This document shows, piece after piece, positions 43,702 to 53,016 of a stretch of 64,000 nt of DNA. Below the pieces are notes generated by a model, which was not told the DNA's origin, did no database searches, and was given only the letters and a program-made list of their open reading frames with translations. How positions within the stretch are numbered: the first letter of the stretch is position 1; every line of letters starts with the position of its first letter. Made by a program: the position numbers and the translations under genes. Source of the DNA: an uncultured Acidimicrobiaceae bacterium (GTDB lineage: Bacteria > Actinomycetota > Acidimicrobiia > Spongiisociales > ZC4RG35). Location of the stretch: contig CAZNDH010000008.1 in assembly GCA_964571765.1 (NCBI GenBank), positions 141 through 64,140 of the forward strand, written 5' to 3'.

Positions 43702-45234
43702 ATGCTGACCGCCCTCGTGCTATTGCCCTTGGCAGGTGCCGCCATAGTGGCGGTGGTTCCGGCCCGCCGGCGCGAGCTCCACGTTCCACTGGGGATCGCC
43801 TCGTCGATGGCCCCGCTCGCCCTGGCCGGCTATCTGTTCTGGGTGTTCGAGCCGATCGACCGGTTCCAGTTCGCGGTCGACGTCCCCTGGTACCGGCCCT
43901 GGGGAATCGGGTGGAGTCTCGGTGTCGACGGGATCTCGATGCCGCTGGTGGTGCTCACCGCCCTGCTCATCCCGATCGCCCTGGGCGCTTCGACGGCGAT
44001 AACCCACAAGACCCGCCAGTTCGTCGCCCTCACCCTCCTCCTCGAGGCCGGGATGATCGGCGCCTTCCTCGCCACCGACCTGTTCCTCTTCTTCGTGTTC
44101 TTCGAGGCGATCCTGATCCCCATGTACTTCATAATCGGGGTGTGGGGGAGCGAGCGCCGGGTGTACGCCGCGGTCAAGTTCTTCATCTACACCGCCCTGG
44201 GCTCGGCCCTGATGCTGGCGGGGATCATCGCCATGGCGGTCCTCCACTCGGCTCAGACCGGGGCGCCCTCCTTCGCCCTGGCCGACCTGATGGCCCTGGA
44301 ACTTTCGGCCGGCGCCGAGCGCTGGCTGTTCGCCGCGTTCGCCATCGCCTTCGCGGTCAAGGTACCCCTTTTCCCGTTGCACACCTGGCTGCCCGATGCC
44401 CATACCGAAGCGCCCACCGCCGGGTCGGTGCTCCTCGCCGGGGTCCTCCTCAAGCTGGGAACCTACGGGCTGATCCGGTTCAACCTGAGCTTCTTCCCCC
44501 AGGCCTCGGTGGACGCGGTGTGGGTGATGGGGGGCCTCGCAGTGGTGGGGATCGTCTACGGGGCGGTGGTGGCCATCGTCCAGCCCGACCTGAAGCGCCT
44601 GGTCGCCTATTCCTCGGTGAGCCACCTGGGGTTCATCGTCCTGGGCACCTTCGCCCTCACCTCCTCCTCGCTCCAGGGTGCGGTGATCCAGAACTTCAAC
44701 CACGGGCTGACCACCGGGGCGTTGTTTCTCCTGGTGGGGATGATCTACGAGCGACGCCACACCAAGCAGATCGCCGAGTTCGGCGGGTTGCAGAAGGTGA
44801 TGCCGGTGTTCGCCGGCTTCTTCCTCCTCATGGTCTTCGCCTCCATTGGCCTTCCCGGGCTCAACGGGTTCATTGGCGAGTTCCTGGTCCTGGTGGGCAG
44901 CTTCCCCACCCTTCCCGCACTGGCGGTGGTCGCTGCCCTCGGGGTGATCCTGGCCGCGGTATACCTGCTGTGGGCATACCAGCGTGTGTTCACCGGTCTC
45001 CCCGAGAGGGAGGAGAACCGTCTCCTCGTCGATCTCACTCCCCGCGAGATCTCCCTGCTCGCCCCGTTGGCGGTGTTGGTGGTGGTCCTCGGCCTCTTCC
45101 CCAACGTCCTCCTCGACAAGATCGCCCCTTCCACCGAGTCGACGCTCGACCGCATCGAGGCCGCCACTGACTATGTGGTGCCCTTCCCGGGGCGTCTCGG
45201 TGATGTGTTCCTCGCCGGGGATGGTGGAGGATGA
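43702..45234 (+). CDS. nuoM: NADH-quinone oxidoreductase subunit M (operon 1)
   Basis: ATG at 43702 (MLTALVLLPLAG...). FAVKVPLFPLHTWLPDAHTEAPTAGSVLLAGVLLK. The track ORF starts upstream, in the spacer. Confidence 0.9.
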   Translation: MLTALVLLPLAGAAIVAVVPARRRELHVPLGIASSMAPLALAGYLFWVFEPIDRFQFAVDVPWYRPWGIGWSLGVDGISMPLVVLTALLIPIALGASTAITHKTRQFVALTLLLEAGMIGAFLATDLFLFFVFFEAILIPMYFIIGVWGSERRVYAAVKFFIYTALGSALMLAGIIAMAVLHSAQTGAPSFALADLMALELSAGAERWLFAAFAIAFAVKVPLFPLHTWLPDAHTEAPTAGSVLLAGVLLKLGTYGLIRFNLSFFPQASVDAVWVMGGLAVVGIVYGAVVAIVQPDLKRLVAYSSVSHLGFIVLGTFALTSSSLQGAVIQNFNHGLTTGALFLLVGMIYERRHTKQIAEFGGLQKVMPVFAGFFLLMVFASIGLPGLNGFIGEFLVLVGSFPTLPALAVVAALGVILAAVYLLWAYQRVFTGLPEREENRLLVDLTPREISLLAPLAVLVVVLGLFPNVLLDKIAPSTESTLDRIEAATDYVVPFPGRLGDVFLAGDGGG

Positions 45235-46685
45235 GCGGCGAGGTCAATTGGCTGGCCATCCTCCCCGAGCTGATCCTCGCCGTAGGTGCAGCCGGGGTGC
45301 TTCTCGCCGAGGTGCAGTGGAAACCCCGGGCCCGGGTGTTGGCCGCGGTCGCCGCCGGCTCGTTGCTCCTCTCCGCCGGGGTCACCCTGGTGCAGTGGGC
45401 GGTGGCCGGGGACGCATCGGGGGCGGGCACAACCGACGACCTGGTCGCCTTCTCGGGAATGGTGCTCATGGACCGGTTCGCCATCTTCGGCCGCTTCGCC
45501 TTGATCGTGCTCACCGCGGTCGGCCTGGTCGCTGCCTGGCGGCTGGTCCAGTCCCTGGGTCGGCGGGCCGCCGAGATGGTGGCTTTGGTTCTCCTCGCCA
45601 CCACCGGGTTCTCCTTGATGGTCTCGGCCAACAACCTGGTGATGCTGTTCCTCGGCCTCGAGGTGGGCTCGATTGCCCTCTACGTGCTGGCGGGTATGAC
45701 CCGGGACCGTATTGGCTCGGACGAGGCGGCGATCAAGTACTTCCTGCTGGGATCGTTTGCCTCGGCGATCTTCGTCTACGGGGTTGCCCTCCTCTACGCC
45801 GGGACCGGCGAGTTCGAGATCATCGCCATCCGCCAGTTCCTCCTCGCCAATGTGGTGACCAGCCCGGCGATCATCCTGGTTGCCCTGGGCCTGATGATCG
45901 TGGGGTTGGGTTTCAAGATCTCGGCGGCCCCGTTCCACAGCTGGGCTCCCGACGTCTACCAGGGCGCTCCTGCCGGGGTGGTCGGCTACATGGCGGCGAT
46001 GGCCAAGGTGGCCGGGTTCGTGGCCCTGGCCCGGATATTCCTCACCGGCGTCATCGAGTTCGAGGCGTCCTGGGTCCCGGTGATGGCCGCGGTGTCTGCC
46101 GTCTCGATGCTTCTCGGGGCGCTGGCCGCCCTGGTTCAGAGCGACCTGCGCCGGATGCTGGCCTACTCCGGTGTCGCCCATGCCGGGTTCATCATGACCG
46201 GGGTGGTCGGGGGCAGCTCGACGGCGATGCTGTTCTACGTGGCGATCTACGCGGTTCAGCTGGTAGGGGCCTTCGCCGTGGTCACCGCGGTGAGCGGCCC
46301 CCGGGGCTCGGCGTCGGCCCTCTCCGACTACCGGGGCATGGCGGCGAGGAGCCCGGGCTTGGCCGCCGGGTTCACCGTGATCCTCTTTGGGATGGCCGGC
46401 CTCCCGTTGACCGCAGGCTTCATCGCCAAGTTCGGGGTGTTCTCCGACGCCTGGGCCGGCGGTCTCCCCTGGCTGGTGGTGGTGGCGGTGCTCGCCTCGG
46501 TGATCGCCCTCGCCTTCTACCTGCGGGTGATCGTCACCATGTACATGGAGGATGAGGAGGCCGAGGCGCTCCCGGTGCCTGTCACGGTGAGGCTGGTCCT
46601 GGGGGCGGCAGTGGCCGCCACCTTGGTCTGGGGGGTGTTCCCCGGCTCCCTCCTCGATCTTGCCGCCGATGCCTTCCCTCTGTAG
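45231..46685 (+). CDS. nuoN: NADH-quinone oxidoreductase subunit N (operon 1)
   Basis: GFKISAAPFHSWAPDVYQGAP and LAYSGVAHAGF. Confidence 0.9.
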   Translation: MSGEVNWLAILPELILAVGAAGVLLAEVQWKPRARVLAAVAAGSLLLSAGVTLVQWAVAGDASGAGTTDDLVAFSGMVLMDRFAIFGRFALIVLTAVGLVAAWRLVQSLGRRAAEMVALVLLATTGFSLMVSANNLVMLFLGLEVGSIALYVLAGMTRDRIGSDEAAIKYFLLGSFASAIFVYGVALLYAGTGEFEIIAIRQFLLANVVTSPAIILVALGLMIVGLGFKISAAPFHSWAPDVYQGAPAGVVGYMAAMAKVAGFVALARIFLTGVIEFEASWVPVMAAVSAVSMLLGALAALVQSDLRRMLAYSGVAHAGFIMTGVVGGSSTAMLFYVAIYAVQLVGAFAVVTAVSGPRGSASALSDYRGMAARSPGLAAGFTVILFGMAGLPLTAGFIAKFGVFSDAWAGGLPWLVVVAVLASVIALAFYLRVIVTMYMEDEEAEALPVPVTVRLVLGAAVAATLVWGVFPGSLLDLAADAFPL

Positions 46686-47862
46686 GGCCGGGCTGACCCT
46701 GATCGGAGGCGTGGTGCTGGCCATGGTCGGAGCCGTGCCCGCCCAGGCCGCGGAGACCACCAACAGCGAGATCGTTCTCATTCGCCAGGGCGACGTCGTC
46801 GACGACGACCTCTACGCCACCGCCATCTCGGTGAGGGTGACCGGGGTCATCGACGGCGATCTGATCGCCTTTGCCGCCGAACAGGTGGTCATCGACGGTC
46901 GGGTGACCGGTTCGGTGACGGTGGTCGCCCCCCGGGTCGTGGTCGACGGCACGATCGAAGGGTCACTGCGTCTGGTGGTCAACGATCTCGTGGTCGGGGG
47001 TACCGTCGGTGGCGATGTGGTCGGGGTCGGCGCCGACCTCAGGTTCGGCTCCGACTCGAGGGTCGAGGGCGAGATCCTGGCATGGACCTACCGCATGGAG
47101 GCGATGGGCTCGATCGGGTCGAGGCTGGGAGGAACCCAGAGGCACCTCGACCTCGCCGGTGCGGTCGGAGGAAGCGTGGATGTCACCGTCAACCGGCTTC
47201 GGGTGGTGGGGCCGCTGACCGTGGGGGGCGATCTGGTCTACCGCTCGCGCCACAGCGGCGAAGGCCTCGACCAGGCCGAGGTTGCCGGGACCCAGGTGCA
47301 GCGCCAGCCTCTCCCGCCCAACCTCCGGGTGCGCGCCCTTGGGGCCCTCGCCCGGGTCATGGCAGTGATCTTCCTCGGGATCGCCGCGGTGACCACTGTC
47401 TGGGGCTGGCCTGACCGCACCGCCATGGCCGCCGATCAGGTCGGGGCCCATCCCTTGCGGGCCTGGCTGGGGGGCGCCTCGGTGTTTCTCTCGCCGGTTC
47501 TGGTGGTCCTGGTCGCGGGGCTGGTAATCGCCCGGGCCCCTCCAGCCGCCGGGGTCCCGCTCCTCGCCCTGGCGGTTCCCATCTTCTTCGCCCTCCTCGG
47601 GGTCCTCCTGGTCGTCTCTCTGGTCGCCGGGGTGCCGGTTTCGGCATGGACGGGCCGCCAGATGTTCAGGAGATGGGGTGTGCACGGCTCCACCCTGGCC
47701 GGCTCGCTGGTGCTCGGCATGGTCTGGCTGCTCCCCTGGGTGGGGCTCCTGGTGCCACTGGTCGCTCTACCCCTGGGGCTGGGAGCCTGGCTACGGGCGC
47801 TTCGGCCTCAGGAGGTGGTAGCGGCCCCTTCTGATGAGTCCGCGGTGTCCGCCTCCTCCTGA
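46669..47862 (+). CDS. Signal-peptide protein with repetitive beta-helix-like (bactofilin-like) region and C-terminal multi-TM domain
   Basis: The ATG at 46669 overlaps the nuoN 3' end. The signal peptide is MPSLCRAGLTLIGGVVLAMVGAVPAQA. Degenerate repeats occur (V.GxIDGDL, V.GRVTGSV, VDGTIEGSL, VGGTVGGDV). The last 170 aa or so are hydrophobic. Confidence 0.5.
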   Translation: MPSLCRAGLTLIGGVVLAMVGAVPAQAAETTNSEIVLIRQGDVVDDDLYATAISVRVTGVIDGDLIAFAAEQVVIDGRVTGSVTVVAPRVVVDGTIEGSLRLVVNDLVVGGTVGGDVVGVGADLRFGSDSRVEGEILAWTYRMEAMGSIGSRLGGTQRHLDLAGAVGGSVDVTVNRLRVVGPLTVGGDLVYRSRHSGEGLDQAEVAGTQVQRQPLPPNLRVRALGALARVMAVIFLGIAAVTTVWGWPDRTAMAADQVGAHPLRAWLGGASVFLSPVLVVLVAGLVIARAPPAAGVPLLALAVPIFFALLGVLLVVSLVAGVPVSAWTGRQMFRRWGVHGSTLAGSLVLGMVWLLPWVGLLVPLVALPLGLGAWLRALRPQEVVAAPSDESAVSASS

Positions 47863-48011
47863 CCCTCGAAGGCGTCGTGGAGGTAACCCAGGCTGACGTG
47901 GCCGCAGGTACCACACACGGTCCGCTGCAGGCCGTAGTTGTGGGTGGCAGTCACCTGCTCGTGCAGGCAGGCCTCGCCGCCACCTCGGTTACGGAAGCTC
48001 TTGGTCCACAT
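47808..48011 (-). CDS. Small Cys/His-containing protein (67 aa), possible zinc ribbon
   Basis: ATG at 48011 is preceded by AAGGAG. Third codon positions are G/C-rich. The CLH...CGTCGH pattern is present. Confidence 0.5.
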   Translation of the reverse strand: MWTKSFRNRGGGEACLHEQVTATHNYGLQRTVCGTCGHVSLGYLHDAFEGQEEADTADSSEGAATTS

Positions 48012-48159
48012 TTGCTCGTTTCTCCTTCGGAACGGCATTTCCCCTATTGATCGGCAGGTCGGGTCGGCATATCGCGAACCAATCCTGGATCGGGCGATCG
48101 GACTAGTCAGCAGGCCGGCCAGTTCCTCAGACCGGAGATTCGCTTATCGTCTTAGGCGG

Positions 48160-49164
48160 ATGGCCCCGGTGAGCGACCTCTTCGACCGCCCGGTCCGGGA
48201 TTTGAGGATCTCGGTGACCGACCGCTGCAACTTCCGGTGCACCTATTGCATGCCCCGGGAGGTGTTCGGGCCCGAGCACGTCTTCCTGCCCCGTGACCAG
48301 CTGCTCACCTTCGAGGAGATCAGGGCCTTGGTGGCCGTTTTCACCGCACGAGGGGTGAACAAGGTGCGGATCACCGGAGGCGAGCCGCTGCTCCGCAAGG
48401 GCGTCGAGGAGCTGGTGGCGATGATCGCCTCCGTGGACGGGATCGAGGACCTCACCCTGACCACCAACGCCTCCCTCTTGTCGAGGAAGGCCGCCGACCT
48501 GGCCGCTGCCGGGCTGAATCGGGTCACGGTGAGCCTTGACGCCATCGACGACCCCACTTTCATGGCGATGAACGACGTCGGGTTCCCGGTGTCGACGGTG
48601 CTCACCGCCATCGAGGATGCCGCCGCGGTCGGGCTGGGCCCGATCAAGGTGAACTGCGTGGTGAAACGGGGGGTCAACGAGCACGCCGTGGTCGCCATGG
48701 CCCGTCATTTCAAAGGCTCGGGTCACATCGTCCGCTTCATCGAGTACATGGACGTGGGGAGCACCAACGGCTGGCGTCTCGACGACGTGGTCCCGGCGGC
48801 GAAGATGTTGGAGATGGTGAGCCGGGTGTTTCCGTTGGAGCCGGTGCCCCCCAACTACCCGGGTGAGGTGGCCAACCGGTTCCGCTATCTCGACGGGGAA
48901 GGCGAGATCGGGATCATCGCCTCGGTCACCCGGCCGTTCTGCGGATCGTGCACCCGGGCCCGGGTGTCGGCGGAGGGGATGATGTACACCTGCCTCTTCG
49001 CCTCCACCGGCACCAGCCTCCGAGATGCCCTCCGTTCCGGCGAGGACATCGGCGCCCTGGTCGACGAGGTCTGGGGCAAACGCGACGACCGATACTCCGA
49101 GATCCGGTCGTCTCACACCAGACGGCTCTCCGTCCCCGTGGAGATGTCCTACATCGGGGGCTGA
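48160..49164 (+). CDS. moaA: GTP 3',8-cyclase (molybdenum cofactor biosynthesis protein A)
   Basis: Radical-SAM motif DRCNFRCTYCMP, RITGGEPLLR, and the C-terminal FCGSCTRARVSAEG cluster motif. Confidence 0.9.
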   Translation: MAPVSDLFDRPVRDLRISVTDRCNFRCTYCMPREVFGPEHVFLPRDQLLTFEEIRALVAVFTARGVNKVRITGGEPLLRKGVEELVAMIASVDGIEDLTLTTNASLLSRKAADLAAAGLNRVTVSLDAIDDPTFMAMNDVGFPVSTVLTAIEDAAAVGLGPIKVNCVVKRGVNEHAVVAMARHFKGSGHIVRFIEYMDVGSTNGWRLDDVVPAAKMLEMVSRVFPLEPVPPNYPGEVANRFRYLDGEGEIGIIASVTRPFCGSCTRARVSAEGMMYTCLFASTGTSLRDALRSGEDIGALVDEVWGKRDDRYSEIRSSHTRRLSVPVEMSYIGG

Positions 49165-49838
49165 CCCACAGGCGGCGTCCTCTTCCCCGAGGCGACCCGG
49201 TAGCCGGCCCAGATCAGAGTGACCGCGAGAAACAACGACAGGGCGAAGCCGCTCGACTCGCCCAGCGCCAGACCGGTGCCTCCCCAGGCGGCGGCGAGCA
49301 CCCCGCCGACGATGAGCAGGCTGCCCCATACAACGGCACGATTGCGTCTCCAGAAGCGGACCACGCTGACCAGAGCGAGGGCGATGAGGATGGTCGACCC
49401 GGTGGCCCCACCGATGATTGCGAACAGCCGGGGGCCGAACCCAGCAGCGAACATGTCGTGGGGGATCCCGTCGGCGGGGAGGGGCTGCTGGAAGGGGACG
49501 GTCGCCACCAGGGTGGTGGAGATGGCGGTGATCGCCCCGAGGATGATCAACATGACATTGCCGCTGCGCTTGCCCACCACCAGGAACATCGAACCCAGGG
49601 CGAGGAAGGGGATGTTGAGGACCCCTCCGAAGAGGTAGAAGACCCGGTAGGAGAAGCCGGTCCATCCGGCGGTGAGACCGTAGAACAGCGCCCAGGTGGC
49701 GATGGCGAACATGGTGATCCCCGCCCCGTAGGCGGCGATGTGGGGTCGGGGGCGGCGGCGATGGTCCCTCCACAGGTCGACGGCGAACCAGGTGGCCGCC
49801 CCGGCGGCGACGAAGGAGAGCACCGAGTCGAGGTCCAT
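49149..49838 (-). CDS. Polytopic membrane protein, unknown family
   Basis: ORF track entry with about 7 hydrophobic helices. It converges on moaA and overlaps it by 16 nt. Confidence 0.5.
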   Translation of the reverse strand: MDLDSVLSFVAAGAATWFAVDLWRDHRRRPRPHIAAYGAGITMFAIATWALFYGLTAGWTGFSYRVFYLFGGVLNIPFLALGSMFLVVGKRSGNVMLIILGAITAISTTLVATVPFQQPLPADGIPHDMFAAGFGPRLFAIIGGATGSTILIALALVSVVRFWRRNRAVVWGSLLIVGGVLAAAWGGTGLALGESSGFALSLFLAVTLIWAGYRVASGKRTPPVGQPPM

Positions 49839-49864
49839 CCCGGTGTGAGGTTATTGCCGCCGCG

Positions 49865-50416
49865 ATGACCCCCGACCCGACACCGTGTCGGTACAACAAT
49901 GTCCCGATGCGCCCGGTGGTGGTCCAATTCCTCAAGTATCCCGATGCCCTCCATTGGGGGTTCGACGCGGTATACCTGGGAGAGGATGAGCACGGGTGGT
50001 GGGTAGGGCTGCCCGCCGGGTCGAGACGATGGAAGGGTGATCGCCCGGTGGCCCCTTCCGCCGAGGACGCGGTCCTGTGCGCACCTTGGGAGGGGTGGTG
50101 GCACCTCCACTACACCGGCGTCGGCCATGACACCTACACCCACTTCGTCGACATCGTGACCCAACCGCTGTGGCAGTCGGAAGGCCGCTACGAGATGGTC
50201 GACCTCGATCTCGACGTGGCCCTCACCCCTGAAGGGCGAGTGGTTGTCGAAGACGAGGACGAGTTCCTGATCCACCAGGTGAAGTACGGGTACACCCCGG
50301 AGATGATCGAGCGGGCGCTGGCCGAGACCACCCGGATCATCCGGGCCCTCGAGCACCGTGAAGAGCCGTTTTTCGCCGTGGCCGAAGGCTGGCTGCGCCG
50401 GCTCGGCACGAGCTAG
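49865..50416 (+). CDS. DUF402-domain protein
   Basis: HFVDIVTQP...YEMVDLDLDV...DEDEF is typical of DUF402. An alternative start ATG lies at 49907. Confidence 0.65.
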   Translation: MTPDPTPCRYNNVPMRPVVVQFLKYPDALHWGFDAVYLGEDEHGWWVGLPAGSRRWKGDRPVAPSAEDAVLCAPWEGWWHLHYTGVGHDTYTHFVDIVTQPLWQSEGRYEMVDLDLDVALTPEGRVVVEDEDEFLIHQVKYGYTPEMIERALAETTRIIRALEHREEPFFAVAEGWLRRLGTS

Positions 50417-50422
50417 CGAGGT

Positions 50423-50469
50423 GTGCATTTGCACGGAGGTGCGAAAAGCGCGACCTGGTGCATATGCAT
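50423..50469. repeat. Left repeat module: palindromes GTGCATTTGCAC and GTGCATATGCAT, 35 bp apart
   Basis: 50423-50439 (GTGCATTTGCACGGAGG) is the perfect reverse complement of 51424-51440. 50449-50469 (CGCGACCTGGTGCATATGCAT) is a 19/21 direct repeat of 51455-51475. Confidence 0.8.
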
Positions 50470-50548
50470 GCCCAGCTCGAGGGGGTTGAACCGGTTGGTG
50501 TGGTCGAGCAGAGTCGGGCGTGTGGGGGATCGTCGTCGGATTGACGCC

Positions 50549-51454
50549 ATGGCTTCACGGCAGTACGGGGTGTTCAACACCCGGCAGGCCCGCGAGGCCG
50601 GCTTCGACAAGAGCGCCGTCATGCGCCGGCTGGCGTCGGGGGAGTGGCTCAGGCTCGACCCCAGCGTGTACTGCGTCGCCTCCGCTCCTCCCAGATGGGA
50701 GCGGAGCCTGGCGGCTGCCGTCCTCAGCCGTAGTAACGCCCTGGTCACCGGTGGCTCGGCAGCGTGCCTTCACGGTCTACGCGGTTTCAGTCCCGGACGC
50801 CCGGTGATCATGGTGCCGATCGGCTCCAATGCCCGGTCGGAGATCGCCGACGTGGTTCAGGCGAAGAGGTTCGACTCGGTCGCCAGAACCCGTGTTAGTG
50901 GGTTCGAGGCGACCACGGTGGCCGAGACCCTGTTGGTGTTGGCCCGCACCCTCCCGGAAAGCAGAGTGGAGGCGGTCTTCGACGACGCCCTTCTCTCCAA
51001 GAAGATGAGGCTGAGCGAGTTGGAGGTGCCGCTGGCCAGAGAGGTGGCCAGCCGGGCAAAGGGTTTGTCGCTGATCCGTCGGCTCGTGGCCGAACGTCAT
51101 CCCCTGGCGCCCAGCCTTGACTCGACCTATCTGGAGGCAATGTTGGAGATGGTGCTGAGCGGGGCGAGCCTGCCGCCCTGGACCCGCGAGTACCGGTTCC
51201 GGATCCGCGGGGCATCACCGAGGGTCGACGTGTTCATCCCGGCGTGGTCACTGGTCGTCGAGGCCGACGGCCGCAACTGGCACGCCCGTCGCTCGGACTT
51301 CGAAAAGGACCGCAAGCGGGACAACAGCCTGGCCACTAAGGGCATACAGGTCTTACGGTTCACTTACGAGATGCTGGAGTCCGATCCAGGCGGGTGCCTC
51401 GACACCATCATCCGCACCGGTTCCCTCCGTGCAAATGCACTGGGGCTCGGATAA
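50549..51454 (+). CDS. AbiEi-like N-terminal wHTH domain fused to DUF559 (Vsr-like endonuclease fold) domain
   Basis: The N-terminus is GVFNTRQAREAGFDKSAVMRRLASGEWLRLDPSVY. The C-terminus is VDVFIPAWSLVVEADGRNWHARRSDFEKDRKRDNSLATKGIQVLRFTYEML. Confidence 0.75.
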   Translation: MASRQYGVFNTRQAREAGFDKSAVMRRLASGEWLRLDPSVYCVASAPPRWERSLAAAVLSRSNALVTGGSAACLHGLRGFSPGRPVIMVPIGSNARSEIADVVQAKRFDSVARTRVSGFEATTVAETLLVLARTLPESRVEAVFDDALLSKKMRLSELEVPLAREVASRAKGLSLIRRLVAERHPLAPSLDSTYLEAMLEMVLSGASLPPWTREYRFRIRGASPRVDVFIPAWSLVVEADGRNWHARRSDFEKDRKRDNSLATKGIQVLRFTYEMLESDPGGCLDTIIRTGSLRANALGLG

Positions 51455-51475
51455 CGCGACCAGGTGCAAATGCAT
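51424..51475. repeat. Right repeat module: palindromes GTGCAAATGCAC and GTGCAAATGCAT, 35 bp apart
   Basis: See the left module. Seen directly in sequence. Confidence 0.8.
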
Positions 51476-52548
51476 CAGCCGACGAGGAGCGGAATCTCAA
51501 CTTCGGCCCGGCTCAGACCGCCGTGGTAGCAGGCCAGCCGCTTGTCGAAGCCTTTGGGGATGACGGCGAGGTGGTCGGGGGGTAGCAAGACCTGTTCGCC
51601 GAGGCGAGACCGGGCGGCCGGCCCCGGCTCCGGTCCCACCAGGGTGGCGGGGTCGGCCAGATCGCCACCCGTCTCGGCGGCCAGATCCTCCATAACCTTC
51701 CGGTCACCCCACATCTGCACCCCGCGGGTGTCGCCGGCGAACCTGAGGCCGGAGTAGGCCGGGCTTCGCACCAGGTGCTTGTTGTGGTCGGGAAACGCAG
51801 CCAGACCGTGGTCGGCGGTCCCGACCAGGGCGACCCGAGCCGGCAGGTGGTTGGCGATCCCATCCCAGAGACGGGCCGCCTCGGCGATCGCCTCGGCGAA
51901 CTCCCCGGATTCGAGGCCGAAGACATGGCCGGCAAAGTCGACCTGGGGGAAGTAGGTGAAGAGAAGACGTCCCGGTTTGGCGAGCTGCAAGGTGGCTTGG
52001 GCCATCTCCGAGGTCTCCCACACCCCCTCGAAACGAGCCCCCCGATAGACCGCCTGAGACAGCGGGGACCCGGTGAAACCCCCAGGCTGGACGGTGATCG
52101 GCTCGACCCCGGCCCCCCGGAGCCGCTCCCACAGGTTGGGGCGGGGCAACAGCTCCGGATAGGGATACTCCACCGGGTCACCGGCCAGGTCGACCCACTT
52201 CAATGTGTTGACCACCCGTCCGGCCTCCTCCATCCAGGCGAGGTGGGCCACCAGACCATGGCGCGATGGCGCGGTGCCGGTGGCCACCGTGGCCAGTGAG
52301 ACGCTGGTCGTGGTGGGGAAGGGAGCGTCGATGATGGCCCGCATCGCCGATCGGAAGGTGGCCGCCGCGGGATGGCCCAGCTGGGCGACCCCGAGGCCGT
52401 CGAATAGAAGGAGAACGTAGGTGTCGGCCTCGGGAACCAGGTCCGGGTCGTGCAGCCGGGGTGAGGGCGCGCTCCCGGTGAGGCGGAACTCGATCTCGGC
52501 CACCAGGTTGACCAGGCCACTGCCGTCGTATGAGGGGCTCACCGCCAT
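51475..52548 (-). CDS. Alkaline-phosphatase-superfamily protein (type I phosphodiesterase/nucleotide pyrophosphatase-like)
   Basis: LLLFDGLG, FPTTTSVSLATVATG, DFAGHVFG and GTADHG match the metal-ligand pattern of this superfamily. Confidence 0.65.
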   Translation of the reverse strand: MAVSPSYDGSGLVNLVAEIEFRLTGSAPSPRLHDPDLVPEADTYVLLLFDGLGVAQLGHPAAATFRSAMRAIIDAPFPTTTSVSLATVATGTAPSRHGLVAHLAWMEEAGRVVNTLKWVDLAGDPVEYPYPELLPRPNLWERLRGAGVEPITVQPGGFTGSPLSQAVYRGARFEGVWETSEMAQATLQLAKPGRLLFTYFPQVDFAGHVFGLESGEFAEAIAEAARLWDGIANHLPARVALVGTADHGLAAFPDHNKHLVRSPAYSGLRFAGDTRGVQMWGDRKVMEDLAAETGGDLADPATLVGPEPGPAARSRLGEQVLLPPDHLAVIPKGFDKRLACYHGGLSRAEVEIPLLVG

Positions 52549-52586
52549 GGCGGCAGGCTAGGGACCGGCGGCCTCTCCGCCCTGAC

Positions 52587-52615
52587 TTCGACCGCAAAGA
52601 GGGTCTGCTTATACT
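52587..52615 (+). promoter_or_regulatory. Putative promoter of the second nuo operon
   Basis: TTCGAC (52587-52592), a 17-nt spacer, then TATACT (52610-52615), 35 nt upstream of the nuoA2 ATG. Confidence 0.35.
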
Positions 52616-52650
52616 CGCCGACAGGTCGTGATTCCCCAGGTACCACAGGC

Positions 52651-53016
52651 ATGAGCACGTACTTCGAGAGTTATGTGACCGTGGGTGCATTCGCCGCCCT
52701 CGGGGCGGTTCTCGTCCTCATCATGCTGGGCATTGCAACAGTGCTCCGCCCCAACAAGCCAAGTCAGGCAAAGCGGACCACATACGAGTGTGGGGTCGAT
52801 CCGGTGGGCACCGGGTGGAGCCAGACATATGTCCGCTACTACGTGTTCGGCCTGCTCTTCCTGGTGTTCGACGTCGAGGCGGTGTTCATCTTCCCCTGGG
52901 CGATCGCCGCCGAGGAGTTGGGGATGTTCGGCCTGGTGGCGATGATCCTGTTCATGCTGACCCTGGTCGAAGGTCTCGTCTATGCGGTCAAGAAAGGTGT
53001 GCTGAGGTGGGAGTAG
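52651..53016 (+). CDS. nuoA: NuoA-like subunit (operon 2)
   Basis: YECGV...[22 protein letters not shown]. Confidence 0.9.
   Translation: MSTYFESYVTVGAFAALGAVLVLIMLGIATVLRPNKPSQAKRTTYECGVDPVGTGWSQTYVRYYVFGLLFLVFDVEAVFIFPWAIAAEELGMFGLVAMILFMLTLVEGLVYAVKKGVLRWE

Noticed and set aside
43583-43708. 41-codon ORF (MGRTRYPVPGISTPLPLLAEWAIRVRRASRVGSGAERSDRC) in the nuoL1-nuoM1 spacer.
   Set aside because: Arg-rich low-complexity translation with no SD. Probably a by-product of the G+C-rich spacer.
48012-48159. Moco riboswitch upstream of moaA.
   Set aside because: The 148-bp leader shows none of the conserved Moco-motif segments I can recall, and it is shared with a divergent gene. Only an Rfam scan (RF01055) could exclude it formally.
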